Position numbers and translations under genes: made by a program | DNA from: Paraspadella gotoi | Lineage: Eukaryota; Animalia; Chaetognatha | Direction: 5' to 3' | Assembly (NCBI GenBank): GCA_051294375.1 | Contig: CM119268.1 | Coordinates: 4,664,666 to 4,728,665, forward strand | Length of the DNA: 64,000 nucleotides | Shown here: positions 48,556-61,342 of the stretch, one piece after another | Numbering within the stretch: position 1 is the first letter of the stretch | Layout: each line of letters begins with the position of its first letter | The notes under the pieces: model-generated | What the model was told of the DNA's origin: nothing | The model's input: only the letters and a program-made list of their open reading frames with translations | Database searches by the model: none

Positions 48556-49250
48556 AAAAACAAGTTTGAGCAAACAATGTCGGATCTGCCCACGATCATT
48601 ATCGGTAATTAATTCATTAATAATTAAATAATTCAAGTTAATTAATTAATTAGGCAATTAATTAATTAATTTGTTCCCAAATGTTTGTTTTTAGGTCTTT
48701 TCATTACTAACCACGATAAAAGCAATGACGACGATGGGAATAATGTTGATAACAATTGATTTGATTGATTGACTGATTAATTAATTATTGATTAATTAAT
48801 TGACTAATTGATTAATTAATTGATTAATTATTTGATTTATTAATATATACTGCATTTATATTTAATATAAAAGGAAAAAGAAGCATAATCAATTAGTGAA
48901 ACAGGTTTTTTGTTTTTTTCCATTTAAACTCATTTCCACTCAAACGATTCCATTGAAACTTGATTTCCAGTTTAATCACACACCTTTCTACCCAAATACA
49001 AAATTTCAAATCAATCGCCCCATCCACTCATGAGTAATTGGTGATCAAATAGTGAAATATATATTTTTTTTCCATTAAAACTCACGGACAGACAGACAGA
49101 CGGACGGACGGTCATCATTTTTTAATTTATCATAATTCAATGTTCTGACATGATATAAGTTAGTGCCCGACAATATTGAGGGGGCGGACTGACGGACCGA
49201 CAAAGTGAATTATAGAGTCGGGATCTGCTGATAAGCAGATCCGACTAAAA
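48556..49250 (+). mobile_element. Direct repeat copy 2, ending in a helentron/HINE (DINE-like) terminus
   Basis: Second copy of 46575-46985, followed by a (GACA/GACG)n microsatellite (49084-49110) and a 3' hairpin agtcgggatctgct-gata-agcagatccgact plus an A-run (49216-49251). This layout is typical of non-autonomous helentron-associated elements. Confidence 0.55.
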
Positions 49251-49692
49251 ACTAGATGATGAAAGAAAATGATTTAACGACGTCATTTTACTACAACACT
49301 TAACTTTTTACTCAATCAACCCTTTAATAATATAGGTATAATATATAATATAATATATTATATAATATATAATTAAAACTTTACAATATACAAAAAAAAA
49401 CAGTCCTCGACTAATGAGGCTAAAATATTTCGAATAAATGTATCTAATGAAGCCGATAAAAGTTGGACAAGAATTAACTAATGCAATTATAGATATTTCG
49501 TTTGTATGCATAGACAAACTGAAGTTAAAAAAGTTGAAATAAACTTAACGCGACCAAAGAATGGACGGCCTGACAGTTTAGTTTAACATCTCTTTAACTT
49601 TTATGTTTTTTTTAAAAGTTGAAAGATTTTCTATTTACCGGATGCTCTTTACGGCGTCGGTGGAACAAAGGTTGTTCGAATGAAACAAATCC

Positions 49693-49786
<94 letters not shown>

Positions 49787-50064
49787 CGAGAGAGAGAGAG
49801 AAGAGAGAGAAGAGAGAGAGAGACGGAGTCACATCGTCATCATTGTCTGTCACTCCCTTCGATGACAAATCGATTGGCGACAGATAATCATTTCCTTAAG
49901 TGTTTTTCGTCTTCGGGATGTGAAACCTAATTTTGTTGTGAGAAATTAAATAAGTGTGAGTAATTCTGTCGTATAAAGTCGTATAAATAAAGTTAAGATC
50001 AAAGTAAAATAGAGAGAGAGAAAGAGAGAAAGAAGAGAGAGAGAGAAGAGAGAGAAGAGAAGAG

Positions 50065-50120
<56 letters not shown>

Positions 50121-50566
50121 GAGAGAGAGAGAGAGAGAGAAAGAAGAGAGAGAGAGAGAGAGTCATATCGCAATCTTTCCTCGTCATCGAATCCTCGATA
50201 TATAAAAACCCTTCGATCTCGTCTCTTCCTTTCTTTTTCACTTCACATTTCTTTTTCATAGAGAAAAAAAAGAAAAAAAAAGAATCGAAACAAAACAAAT
50301 TTAAAAAAAACAAATCGACTAAAGATGAAACGAAACGACGAAACTAAACTTTTTCATTTTCAATTTTTGTTCATCAAAATTTTCACGCCGTGACCCACCG
50401 CCAGTTAAATCAGTCCGTCAAGAGCGAAAGTCAACCAATTACGTAATTCAACCAATTGCGAATATTTCGGCGACATCTCGAGTTAATGAAACGAGAACGA
50501 AACGAAATAATTGTTTAAATATAAACAACGAATTAATCGAAAAACGCTAAAATAAAATTAAAAAAA

Positions 50567-53500
50567 ATGTTTCCTTGTTGTCCGAGACGCGACCTTCCTT
50601 GCGGAAAGAACGAGAGAGACAAAGGATGGGCTTGGGTCATAGCAGGTTAATCATTCTTAAGGGCCTTTCTTTGTTTTCTGTTCTTTCGTCCTTTTTTTTC
50701 CGTCGTGAAACATTCCTTTGAAAATGTCACACTTTGTCACAGGTAATGTGTGCAAAGTGAAAATGAAATGGTGGATCCAGAGGATGATCTTAATTATGAT
50801 GATGATGATGATATCGGTGTGGTGAAGGTCAAGATAAAGATAATGATAATGACATAGATTATAAGGAGCTTTGACAGACCAATTAGGTGGCCTAATTGTT
50901 TCGATGACATTGTCTTTATCAATATTGCAATAAGTGTTAACCACCCCCCCCTATCCCACCCTTCTAAACTCACCCGCCAGGCGCCGCCTTCATCTCCTCC
51001 GGCGCGACTTTCGGCGTCTGGAAAACGATGAGTCTTTTTTTCAACGACTGGACGAGCGAGTTCGACGCCGATCCGGGAAGGGTGAGCGGAGAGAAGGGGT
51101 GATGATGAATTGATTGATTGATTGATTGACTGATTCGTTGATTCATCTAATGATCGATCAATGGACATTTTTTTATGGAATGATTGAATTATCAATTAAT
51201 GGTATGAATGATCGATTTATTGATTTACTGATTGATGGAATGATTGAATGATGATTTGATTGACTGATGAAATGATTTATTGATTGCTTAAAAATACTTT
51301 TCTCTCCTTTCATCAAACCTCTTCTCTCCCTTTTCCTTTCCTTTCTCTCCTTTCCTTACCCTTTCTGACTCACCTTTCCTTTCTCTCTTCCCTCCCTTTT
51401 CCTTTCCTTTCTCTCCTTTCCTTACTCTTTCTAACTCACCTTTCCTTACTCTCTTCCCTCCCTTTTCCTTTCCTTTCTCTCCTTTCCTTACCCTTTCTAA
51501 CTCACCTTTCCCTTCTCTCTTTCCTCCCTTTTCCTTTCCTTTCTCTCCTTTCCTTACCCTTTCTAACTCACCTTTCCTTTCTCTCTTCCCTCCCTTTTCC
51601 TTTCCTTTCTCTCCTTTCCTTACCCTTTCTAACTGACCTTTCCCTTCTCTCTTTCCTCCTTTCCCCAACTTTTAGGTCTCCTACGTTCAGGCGATTTCCT
51701 TCGCCGTCCTGGCCTGCGCCTCACCCGTAGCAGGCGCCTCCGTCAGGCGATTCGGTTCTCGTCCGACAGTCATTCTCGGCGGAATCTTGGCCGCTACCGG
51801 TGAGCTTCTTTCTGTCTCAGACCCGGACTTTCCGCTCAACGTCTAGTGCAAAGATTCTATAGTGTCAAAGATCACTGTATAAATATCTTTTCAAACAAAA
51901 TTATTTGAAATTAAATTTTAACATGTTTTTTAAAGATAATTAACTTCGAATTTTCAAAAATCGGATTCACAAAAAACAACAACAACAACAAGAATAACAA
52001 CAACCCATTTGAACGATGACCAAAATGGTTAACAAATTACAAAATATTTTTTTCCTATCATAATCGAAAGAAAGACCAAACTTTGAATCCATATCTCAAA
52101 AAGTAAAAGAAAACTTGTTTGGCGCCAGATTAAGAATTTTAATGAATTACTGCAGTCATTTTGTTTCGGGCGATAATTCATTCGCTGAGTAAACAAATAA
52201 TCGAAGATCGAAGTACAAACGACGAACGAAGCAAAGTTTTTTCTTCTTTTTTTTTTTTAGTTATGTCTTCATTTCTTCGAAATTTGTTATTGAAAATGAA
52301 ACTTGAAATGTGTAGTCAAACATTGCAATATATTCACCTCCGCTTTTAAGCAAGTAACCTTCACTCGTGACCCGGTGGCTCGGAGATCGATCTGCAATGG
52401 GACCTCCCCCGCGTGGAAAACCCTCAAGCCTGGTTCCAATCCCAGGACCCGTTTCATGGCTGCTTGATGGGGTTATAGAAGTTACGGATAGTCATCTTCA
52501 GCCTACTTAGCGACCTTATCTACAAGATCACCTTGAACTTGAATATGTTGAAAATCCTCTTATCTAATGCGATCAGTTCAAAGCGTAAATTATTTTGGCT
52601 GCGCAAGCACAATTCCGATTTTCCATATGACCAGGGTTCAATCACCTGTTTTATCATCGTGTTTTCTAGCTAAGGGTGACGATTTAGGGCAATGAGTTCT
52701 AGTTGCAAAAGGCAGCCAAAACCTTTAATTTTTTCAAAGTCGGTTAAATATATATATATATTATATATATATAGCTAAAGAAAGTTAACCTTTCTGACAG
52801 CAAACGAGCGATTCCTTCATTTTCAGTTCCTCTTCCACATCAGTTCACTCGATGGGTAAGGCCAACATCTCACATATTTCCCTCCCTCAAACTCGAGCAA
52901 AGAGCGATGAGCCTTACTCATTCCTCACCTTATCTATCTCTTTCAGGCGCTGGACTGAGTTTCTTCGCATCTTCCTTGACGATGCTTTACATCTTCATCG
53001 GAGGCGTCGCACATTTCGGCATCTGCCTCACTTATCTTCCTTCTTTCATCAGGTAAGGTCACTCCGATACTCGAGTGGCTAAGTAAAGTAAGTGTATAAC
53101 CGGTTGAAAGCTTTGGCGCGGCCACTGGTTCGTTTTACTCCAAAGCAGCAATAGTTAAATTAAGTAAATCCCCCCCCCAAAAAAAAACAACCGAGTTTCG
53201 CCTTTCGTATACTTCTTGCTTCCTTCATTGCCTTCCGCAATGTCCGTATTTCACGTCCCAAATCGCCCATCGTCTCCTTCTCCCCCTTTCAGTCTCGGAA
53301 TGTGGATGGACCGACGTCGGAGTCTTGCCAACTCCCTCGCCGAGATGGGAGGCCCTCTCATGGCCTTCGTCCTTCCACTTGTGAGTCTGTTGTTGCAGGA
53401 TTGTTGCTATGTTGATGCATATGATAATAATATTAATAAACCATAATAATAATAATATTAATATACCATCAGGTCTTCCAAAAACTTCGAGATTCCATCG

Positions 53501-56500
53501 GATGGCGATCGACGATGCTGGTGGCGGCGGGGCTTTACCTCACCATCGTCATCAGCGGAATCCTGCAGAAGCCGTTCGAACAAGAGGTAAGTCGTCGAAG
53601 AGTTATCGAGAGAGAGAGAGACAGGGCTTTCTCTTTCAATTTCTGACACAAAGGTGATGTCATTTTTGAGAGTTTGATTTGTGGTCGAGGTCGAGGTAAG
53701 TCGAAGTGAGAAGCAACAACTTCGAGACGCCGGTTTCAAACGTGTAAAAGTCATATCACTTTACTTACTTTATTTTCGATCCCCAGGAACTGGACGAAAT
53801 GGACGAATCCGCAGCCGACGATGTTACCGACGCCGCAGCCGACGCCGCAACCGACAACCGGATCGACTCCGACAACAATAAAATCTTTATCAAGATCGAA
53901 GATTACGACGCCGCCACAGAACCGGCGTCGAACGAGAACGAGGTGGCGCCGATAGACGAGAAAGCGGCGTTGCCTACCAGAGACGACGACGACCACGCGA
54001 CGACGACGTTCGTGACGACGATTCCAGCGACGCCCGGTTTATCGCAAAGGATAGCATTTAAACTAAGGGTGAGTTTGTGGTTGTCGTCGTCGTTGTCATC
54101 CTTAATGTTGCTATAATCGAAGTCTTTACCTACTTTTTGTCTGTATACGTATTTTTAAATAATTTTCAATTAATTTGAATAATACAATTAATTTTACATT
54201 AGTTTCTAATGCTTCTATTTTTTTTCCTTAACTTACAATTAATTTCTAATGACTGGATTCATCCCATAAATTAAAAAAAAACTGCCAATAAATCTCCAAA
54301 GCCTTTCTTCATTCTAATAATCTCCAATTAATTTTCAATTTATTTTTAATGCCAATATCGATTCAATTAATTTTCAACTAATTAAAACCACGATCTCCGG
54401 ACAACAACAATAGCCTATAACCACCACAAAAAAACAACAACAAAAATTCAACAACACCCTTTGTTTGTATTAATCATGACAATCGGACATTCGGACAATC
54501 GGACTCGACACTTTTATACTTTATATCATTTTTTATCGAATACTTACTATTCGCCCGCTCCTTCACCTCCCTCACCCCGACTTACCCCGCAGGAGGAATA
54601 CACCGACCTTACCTCCCGCCTCCCGCCTCCAGTCTGCGCCAAGATCCTCTTCTACATGATCTACAGTCTGTTCCAGTTCGGAGGTCTCTTCGCTCTCAAT
54701 CTCTTCATCGTTCCCTACGCGACCCAAGATCGAGGATTCGAAGAACAAGAGGCCTCCTACCTTCTCTCCATCAACGCCGCCTTAGATCTGATTGGTCGGT
54801 TTCGGGAGAAATTTAAATAGTTATTTGAGATCTGATTGGTCGGTTTTGTTGCGTGTATTGCTTGAAATGTTATTGATTTGTTTTATTTTTTAAACGAAAA
54901 TTTAGAATTAGACATATTAAACATTAATTTAGATATGTCACGTCGATTTTAGTTTAATTAGTTTAATTCAGTTTTAAATAGTTTAACTACAGTATCAGTT
55001 TTGAAGAACCTGGAAAAGTCCAGGGAGGCTGTAACGTTTTTGTAAATGCTGGAAATCAGCTGAAAATCGAATACGGGTTAGACCTGAGGGTGGTTTATTC
55101 CCCATAAGAGTTTGAGCCACTTTAAAAAAAAAATAAGTGAATGGGCATTTTTTTGGACAAAAATTAATTTGCATACTGTAAAAAAAATATGGTAGTAAAT
55201 ACTCTTATATTATGGTGATATAACCGGGAGGGGTTGCCTAAACCAGTGGTAAAACAAAATGATCAAATACAGCTTTGTTAAAACTCATTTGCATACAGTA
55301 GCAATATATTTTTTTATAATATTGTATTTTCAGTCTTATGATAATTTTAAAAAAAATTATTTCAAATAATAGCTAACTGATACACCAATAACATACAATG
55401 CATAAAATAGAATATTTGTTATTCTTTAATCCAAAATTAATTTTCAACAAATTATAAAATATGCATTTTTTTGAACAAATGTTTTTTAAAAATAGTAATT
55501 ATGCCAACCAACTGTCCTTGGTGCACTGATTAAAAATATATAATTTTTTTTTAAATACGACTACTATATTATGAAATATAACCCTTCAAAACCTTAAAAA
55601 ATACAGAAAAACACCCTTAATTCAAACTTTAATAAAAACCGTTCCAATGGTATTACATCTCTCATACTTTAATACATATCAAGGAGAACCATCAGGTTTA
55701 TTGTGTGAAAGTTATAGATAACTTCGATAAGGAATGACTGCACAGGAAGGCGAAAAATAGATAGATGAACTATATCAGCTTGTAATTGAATAATATACTC
55801 TTGCTTAATAAGGCGGAACAAAGTAAAAACTAGAGTTCTGTAATATAAATAACGTTAGAGCATCCCTGTGGGATGACGAATTGAAAAAAAAAATAAGATT
55901 TTATATATAGTAAATAATATAGAAGCATTTTAAAGTTTATCGTATTACTATAAATCATGAAATTTTTTTTTTCAAAATCAGAATTTTTAAAAGCGGATTC
56001 GAGTAGAGATTGAAAAAATAAATAAAAAATATTACTACAAGATTTTCAAATTTTATTGTTTTATTGCTTAATATTAACAAAAACTAAAAAAAATTATGGT
56101 AGACGATGATGATGATTTTAAAGAGTTTTTCCGTTATTTGACCCACTTATCATCAAAATATTGAAAAAAGCATTATACTTTGTGTAGAAAACTTTTTATG
56201 GGCTATCTGAATCGGTTCTTAAAAAATAAAATTTTACTTTGTGCCGCCTTATTAAGCAAGAGTACATTATTCAATTACAAGCTGATATAGTTCATCCATC
56301 TAATTTTCGCCTTCCTGTGCAGTCATTCCTTATCGAAGTTATCTATAACTTTTACACAATAAACCTGATGGTTCTCCTTGATATGTATTAAAGTATGAGA
56401 GATGTAATATCATTGGAACGGTTTTTATTAAAGTTTGAATTAAGGGGGTTTTTCTGTATTTTTTAAGGTTTTGAAGGGTTATATTTCATAATATAGTAGT

Positions 56501-58736
56501 CGTATTTAAAAAAAAATTATATATTTGTAATCAGTGCATCGAGGACAGTTGGTTGGCATAATTACTATTTTTAAAAAAACATTTGTTCAAAAAAATGCAT
56601 ATTTTTATATTTTGTTGAAAATTAATTTTGGATTAAAGAATAACAAATATTCTATTTTATGCATTGTATGTTATTGGTGTATCAGTTAGCTATTATTTGA
56701 AATACATTTTTTTTAAATTATCATAAGACTGAAAATACAATATTATAAAAAATATATTGCTACTGTATGCAAATGAGTTTTAACAAAGCTGTATTTGATC
56801 ATTTTGTTTTACCACTGGTTTAGGCAACCCCTCCCGGTTATATCACCATAAATATAAGAGTATTTACGACCATATTTTTTTTACAGTATGCAAATTAATT
56901 TTTTGTCCAAAAAAATGCCCATTCACTATTTTTTTTTTAAAGTGGCTCAAACTCTTATGGGGAATAAACCACCCTCAGGTCTAACCCGTATTCGATTTTC
57001 AGCTGATTTCCAGCATTTACAAAAAAGTTACAGCCTCCCTGGACTTTTCCAGGTTCTTCAAAACCGATACTGTATGTCTCCTTACTTTCATTACTTTCAA
57101 TTCAAAAGCGTTCCATAAGTTACAGACGATACGATTTTAAATTCCTAAATCCTTTCTTATATAATTGGAACGTGACGAGGTCCGACATGTCATCATTACG
57201 GTTGATTTACTTTTACCATCCGCCTCAAACAAAAAATAAACTATCAAACTTGACACCTGTCAGCCTGATTTAACTTCTCCGTTCCGCCCCGCCTGTTCCC
57301 CCCCCCTCTACCAGGCCGTCCTCTGTCAGGCGCCATTCTTTCCCTAGAAATCTTTTCTCGTCGCAGAATCGAACTCATTTCCGTTTTCGTCGCCCTCTAC
57401 GGACTCGTTTGCTTTCTATTCAGGTTTGTTTTAGTACGTTTGTTTGCGTACATGTTTAAATACCTTTTGTTAACATGATCACTTCCCGAGGACATGTTTT
57501 GCTGGCTATTTTATGTTGAGGTCCTATCGAATCATTAATTTCACTCTTAACAAAAAGTAATTTAAATAATGCGCGATTTTGTCTTTAAATAAAACCAGAT
57601 TCGCGCATTCCTATTACTTCTTCGCTTCTCTTTACGGAGCCGCTGGCCTTTTGTTCGGTTTTTGGAACGGGACTTACTGGACGGTCATTCCTGACATCTT
57701 TGGGGAGGAATTATTCCCACTCGCGGCGTCGTGCGGTAAAAGATTAGTTTGTTGTTTTTTTTGTTTCTTTATTTTCATCTTTCATTCTATTTTTCTTTAC
57801 CTCTTCTCTTTTTTTTTCCTCTTTTCTTTTTAGTTCTTTTTTCTTTTTTTTTAATTTCTTTTAAAATTTTTTGAAATTGTTTGGTCTTTTTAGTTTTTTC
57901 AATTTTTTTTTTTGTCTTTCTTTCATTAACTTTGCACTGTACTCATTCTTTTCCACGCCGCCAGGCATGATGATGGGAGGCATTGCTCTTTTGTTGGCGT
58001 CACCGATCGCAGGAAGTTTGATTCAAACGTTCGTCGGTTACGACGGAGTCGCTTATCAGGTCAAGATTTTCATTAAGGTGTTTTCAACACTATTCATAAT
58101 ATATCTAATTATCAATAAATGTTCTTAAACTTTTTAGTCAGCCGTTCAACTAATTGTTGCATCGATTTTGTTGTACTTACTAAAGAAAAACTGGTCGTGC
58201 TGCAAGATAGAACTAATTGAGAAAGGTAAGCCTAAAAAAAAAAATACAGTCATAACTTATTTCTCAAAAAAATGAAATATTGCACACGAACTCAAACCAA
58301 GTTCATCGAACACAACTTTGAAGTAAAGACAAAGTGCCTGTATTTAATCTTTATGACATAAATTATGTTTCATTATCTTTTTAAATTTATCTCAATTCCC
58401 TAAAAAAAAATTCGCTGCTACTTTGTTTTTTCTATTACTTCCCCGGCAGCTCCGACCGAAGCGCCTCCTATCGACGACGGCAGCAAACGCGTCGGAGAAA
58501 AACTCGCGATTCAACTTAATACAGAAGAACAGATCGCCGACTTCCTTTCCGTTCAAAGTCTCCCGCATACGGGTATGGGAAAGTGCTAACGTTAACGGCA
58601 TAATAATTTATTTACTAGTAATAATAAAAATATCATAATTTAAAAATTACCTACTACAGGCTCTACCTTCAAACGGAAGACTTACAGCGTCATGGATCTG
58701 GCCATGTCAATGCAGTCTTTAAACAAACAGAGGTGA
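50567..58736 (+). CDS. Monocarboxylate transporter family (SLC16-like) MFS protein
   Basis: Exons 50567-50645, 50981-51081, 51676-51799, 52947-53052, 53293-53380, 53473-53586, 53787-54068, 54593-54794, 57315-57423, 57599-57735, 57965-58059, 58138-58225, 58450-58572, 58660-58736, GT-AG and phase-consistent. Motifs DKGWAWVIA, SPVAGASVRRFGSRPTVILGG, WMDRRRSLANS, IGWRSTML, an acidic central loop, DLIGRPLSG, IPDIFG, LLASPIAGSL. Confidence 0.93.
51300..51665. repeat. Pyrimidine-rich minisatellite, ~57-bp unit x ~6
   Basis: ccttttcctttcctttctctcctttccttaccctttctaactcacctttcc... repeated in a transporter intron. Confidence 0.9.
52366..52530 (+). mobile_element. Possible Pol III SINE-like fragment
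   Basis: A-box-like tggctcggag and B-box-like ggttccaatccc about 55 bp apart in a GC-balanced island within an AT-rich intron. Confidence 0.3.
54990..57072. mobile_element. Non-autonomous Tc1/mariner-type foldback transposon with ~840-bp terminal inverted repeats
   Basis: TA|CAGTATCAGTTTTGAAGAACCTGGAAAAGTCCAGGGAGGCTG ... CAGCCTCCCTGGACTTTTCCAGGTTCTTCAAAACCGATACTG|TA. Arms ~54990-55828 and ~56232-57072 are near-identical inverted copies with a ~400-bp AT-rich spacer, a TA duplication and no transposase. Confidence 0.92.
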
Positions 58737-59223
58737 AAGAGAAAAGTATGAACGAAAAAATTAACAAATGAACAAACGCAACCACGGGAACTAAACTAAT
58801 GAACGGTCGCGGTCGAACCAACGATACAGCAAACGAACTAAAGAATGAACTAAGGAACAAATGAACAAACGAACTAAAGAATGAACATTTTCTTTTTAGG
58901 TCATCTCAATCTTTGCACAAACCGTCAGCCAATTCGTCTGTTAATTTGAATCAAATGGCGAAATCAGTTTCGAGTCTGAGATCCGTCAACATTTGAAATC
59001 GAATCGTCATCTTGGATCTTTGTACAACCAGATTGCATTGTTTTTTTTTAAATTTGTATATCGATTTTATTATATACAAAGCTTTTATGTATTGTTTTCC
59101 AAGTTATTAAAGTAAGAAAAAAACTCTTTTCAGTAGGAAGTTCTTAGAAGTCAGCACTTTTTTAGTTGCGCTGCCAGTCCTAGCGGAGGCTTCGATTCGC
59201 TAACTTTCTATCCATTTCAACTA

Positions 59224-60635
59224 CAGTAGCATCCGTCTAGAATTTCTGAGACGGCAAGCTCTGTAACTCGAGTACAAATGATAATTTGAAAGAAAGCTTT
59301 TGTCTTGATATTGAGTTCACATATGGCTACTCCCCCTTCGGTAAGCCATCGCTCTACGATCAATTTTGGGACATCAGAACTTATGGTAAAAAGAAACTTC
59401 GGCCAGATTTGAACCTGAAACCTTTTCGTAACGTTGAAATCCGGCGCGCTAAGCACTCGGCCAAATGATTTTCAAAAATTTTTCGTTCAAATTAAATTAT
59501 ATAAAGCTGTAGGTTTGCTTTTAAATTTTGGGGGGGAAACAAAAAATTCATTAATGTTAACATGCGTTCGGCCATATTATTTTCTGGTGATCTTGTTGGT
59601 CTCTGAGTCATAATTTGGCAAGACAGAAGGCATTTTTGTGACCAGAACTTGTTCTGAGAAAACTACTGGATCAAATTTATTGAAATTTGGTATGAACGAT
59701 CCCTATGTAAGACAAGATGAAAGTTAGCGTGGCGCAGTGTATTCAGCCATAAAAAAAATCGGTGTTTGAAATCGTTATCTCTAAATAGGTTATATGAAAC
59801 ATCATTGTATTGGTGTTCGCAATATCCAACGCGGGCGTCCGACGGCCGAGATTTCGATATCCGAGTCCCAAGTTTCCCGATTTGCGACGACGACGATTAA
59901 GACGAAGAAGAAAGTGAATATCTGGCTTATTTTTTAACGTTTGAAATTGAGGAAAAGTCAGAGGCAGTTGCCTCGTTATGCCGCGACGTTGAACGTTTTC
60001 ACGGTGCTTGTTTTATTAAGTGTTTACGAGTTTCCGAGGGATCTCTATAAAGAATTAAAACGTTTCAACCTTTACGATACAACTTTTCTTTGGTGAGTGA
60101 CGTTGAGACAATTCGTTACGAGCGAAACATCAGACAATTGTCCGCTTGAGAATAAGCGACAATTCTCACAGAATATTTGTTATATGTTTTAAAATCTATT
60201 TTTCTTTGACAAAAGTAAGAAACTGCACTATCATTTTTCATCTCTAAACTATTACCAGTTTACCACAATCGTTATTAGTATTATTACGATTCCTTGTAAC
60301 TCAAATTTCCCCAATTCTTCACAATCTAAGCTTTTTGATGGCATAAAAAAAAATTATATTAAGGTTTTTGAATATTTTTTTTTAAATAACGAGATGGCCG
60401 AGCGGTTAAAAACTAAGACTTCGACGCGGAATTGAATGATAGGATTCGAATCCCACTCAAGGTTAAATTTTACAATAAACTGCTATGTCCCAAAAGTGGT
60501 CGTAGAGCAATGGCATACCGAAGGGGGAGTAGCCGTATGAGTACTCGATAACAAGACAAAAACTCCCTTTCAAATTATCATTTGTACTCGAGTTACAGAG
60601 CTTGCCGTCTCAGAAATTCTAGACGGATGCTACTG
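59224..60635. mobile_element. Non-autonomous Tc1/mariner-type element with ~69-bp TIRs
   Basis: TA|CAGTAGCATCCGTCTAGAATTTCTGAGACGGCAAGCTCTGTAACTCGAGTACAAATGATAATTTGAAAG matches the reverse complement of ~60567-60635, followed by TA. Confidence 0.9.
60389..60465 (+). other. Degenerate tRNA-like segment inside the TIR element
   Basis: gagatggccgagcggttaa (A-box/D-arm) and ggattcgaatccc (B-box/T-arm); the middle does not fold as a tRNA. Confidence 0.5.
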
Positions 60636-61342
60636 TACATAAATTGGGCTACATTGATAAATCTTTGTCGGGCGACGCTCGGTACAAAGATCTTCCAAAA
60701 AAAATATTTCATTAACTCTATCGGGCGCTTAAATCTACTAGCGACTACAATCAATTGTAATTTTCATGACTACCAAGAAACATAAGTCTAGTTATTCAAA
60801 AAAATATTTAATGTATAATTCATTTTTTCAAAAAGCCTTTCTTCGCTATTTTTCATTTAAAAAAAACGGACATTTTGACAAGAATTATGTCGCGACAGAA
60901 AAACCCGTGAGAGACATCATCACAATTGTAAAAATGAAACAGAATAATACACTAATGGGCCGTAAATAAATAAAAGACAACCGTTTGTGCAAACAAACCC
61001 AACGGTTAGAATGTGTAAATAAAACAAATACACATTCTAATTCAGTCGTAATAAAAAATTAAGTTTTGAATAGATAAAATATATTTTTTAATTAAGCAGA
61101 CCTCTTGCGGAATTTCAAACAAACATTGTCTTTGTTATTATACTACATCAATTCAAAAACTTCAGCTGCGTTTTAAATATTTAAAACGCAGCTTAAATAA
61201 AAAAAACAATGCTTGTCAATATGAAAACTTCTTTCGTAAAACATTTGTACATAGAAAACATCCAAAAATCACCAGCCTTTCCAATTAAAACTAATTAATA
61301 AATTATGGTCTAATGGAGCTAGAAGCATATAAAAAGATGAGA

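Noticed and set aside
51300-51665. CRISPR-like regularly spaced repeats (also 33990-34100)
   Set aside because: Head-to-tail minisatellites without unique spacers, in a eukaryotic intron, with no cas genes.
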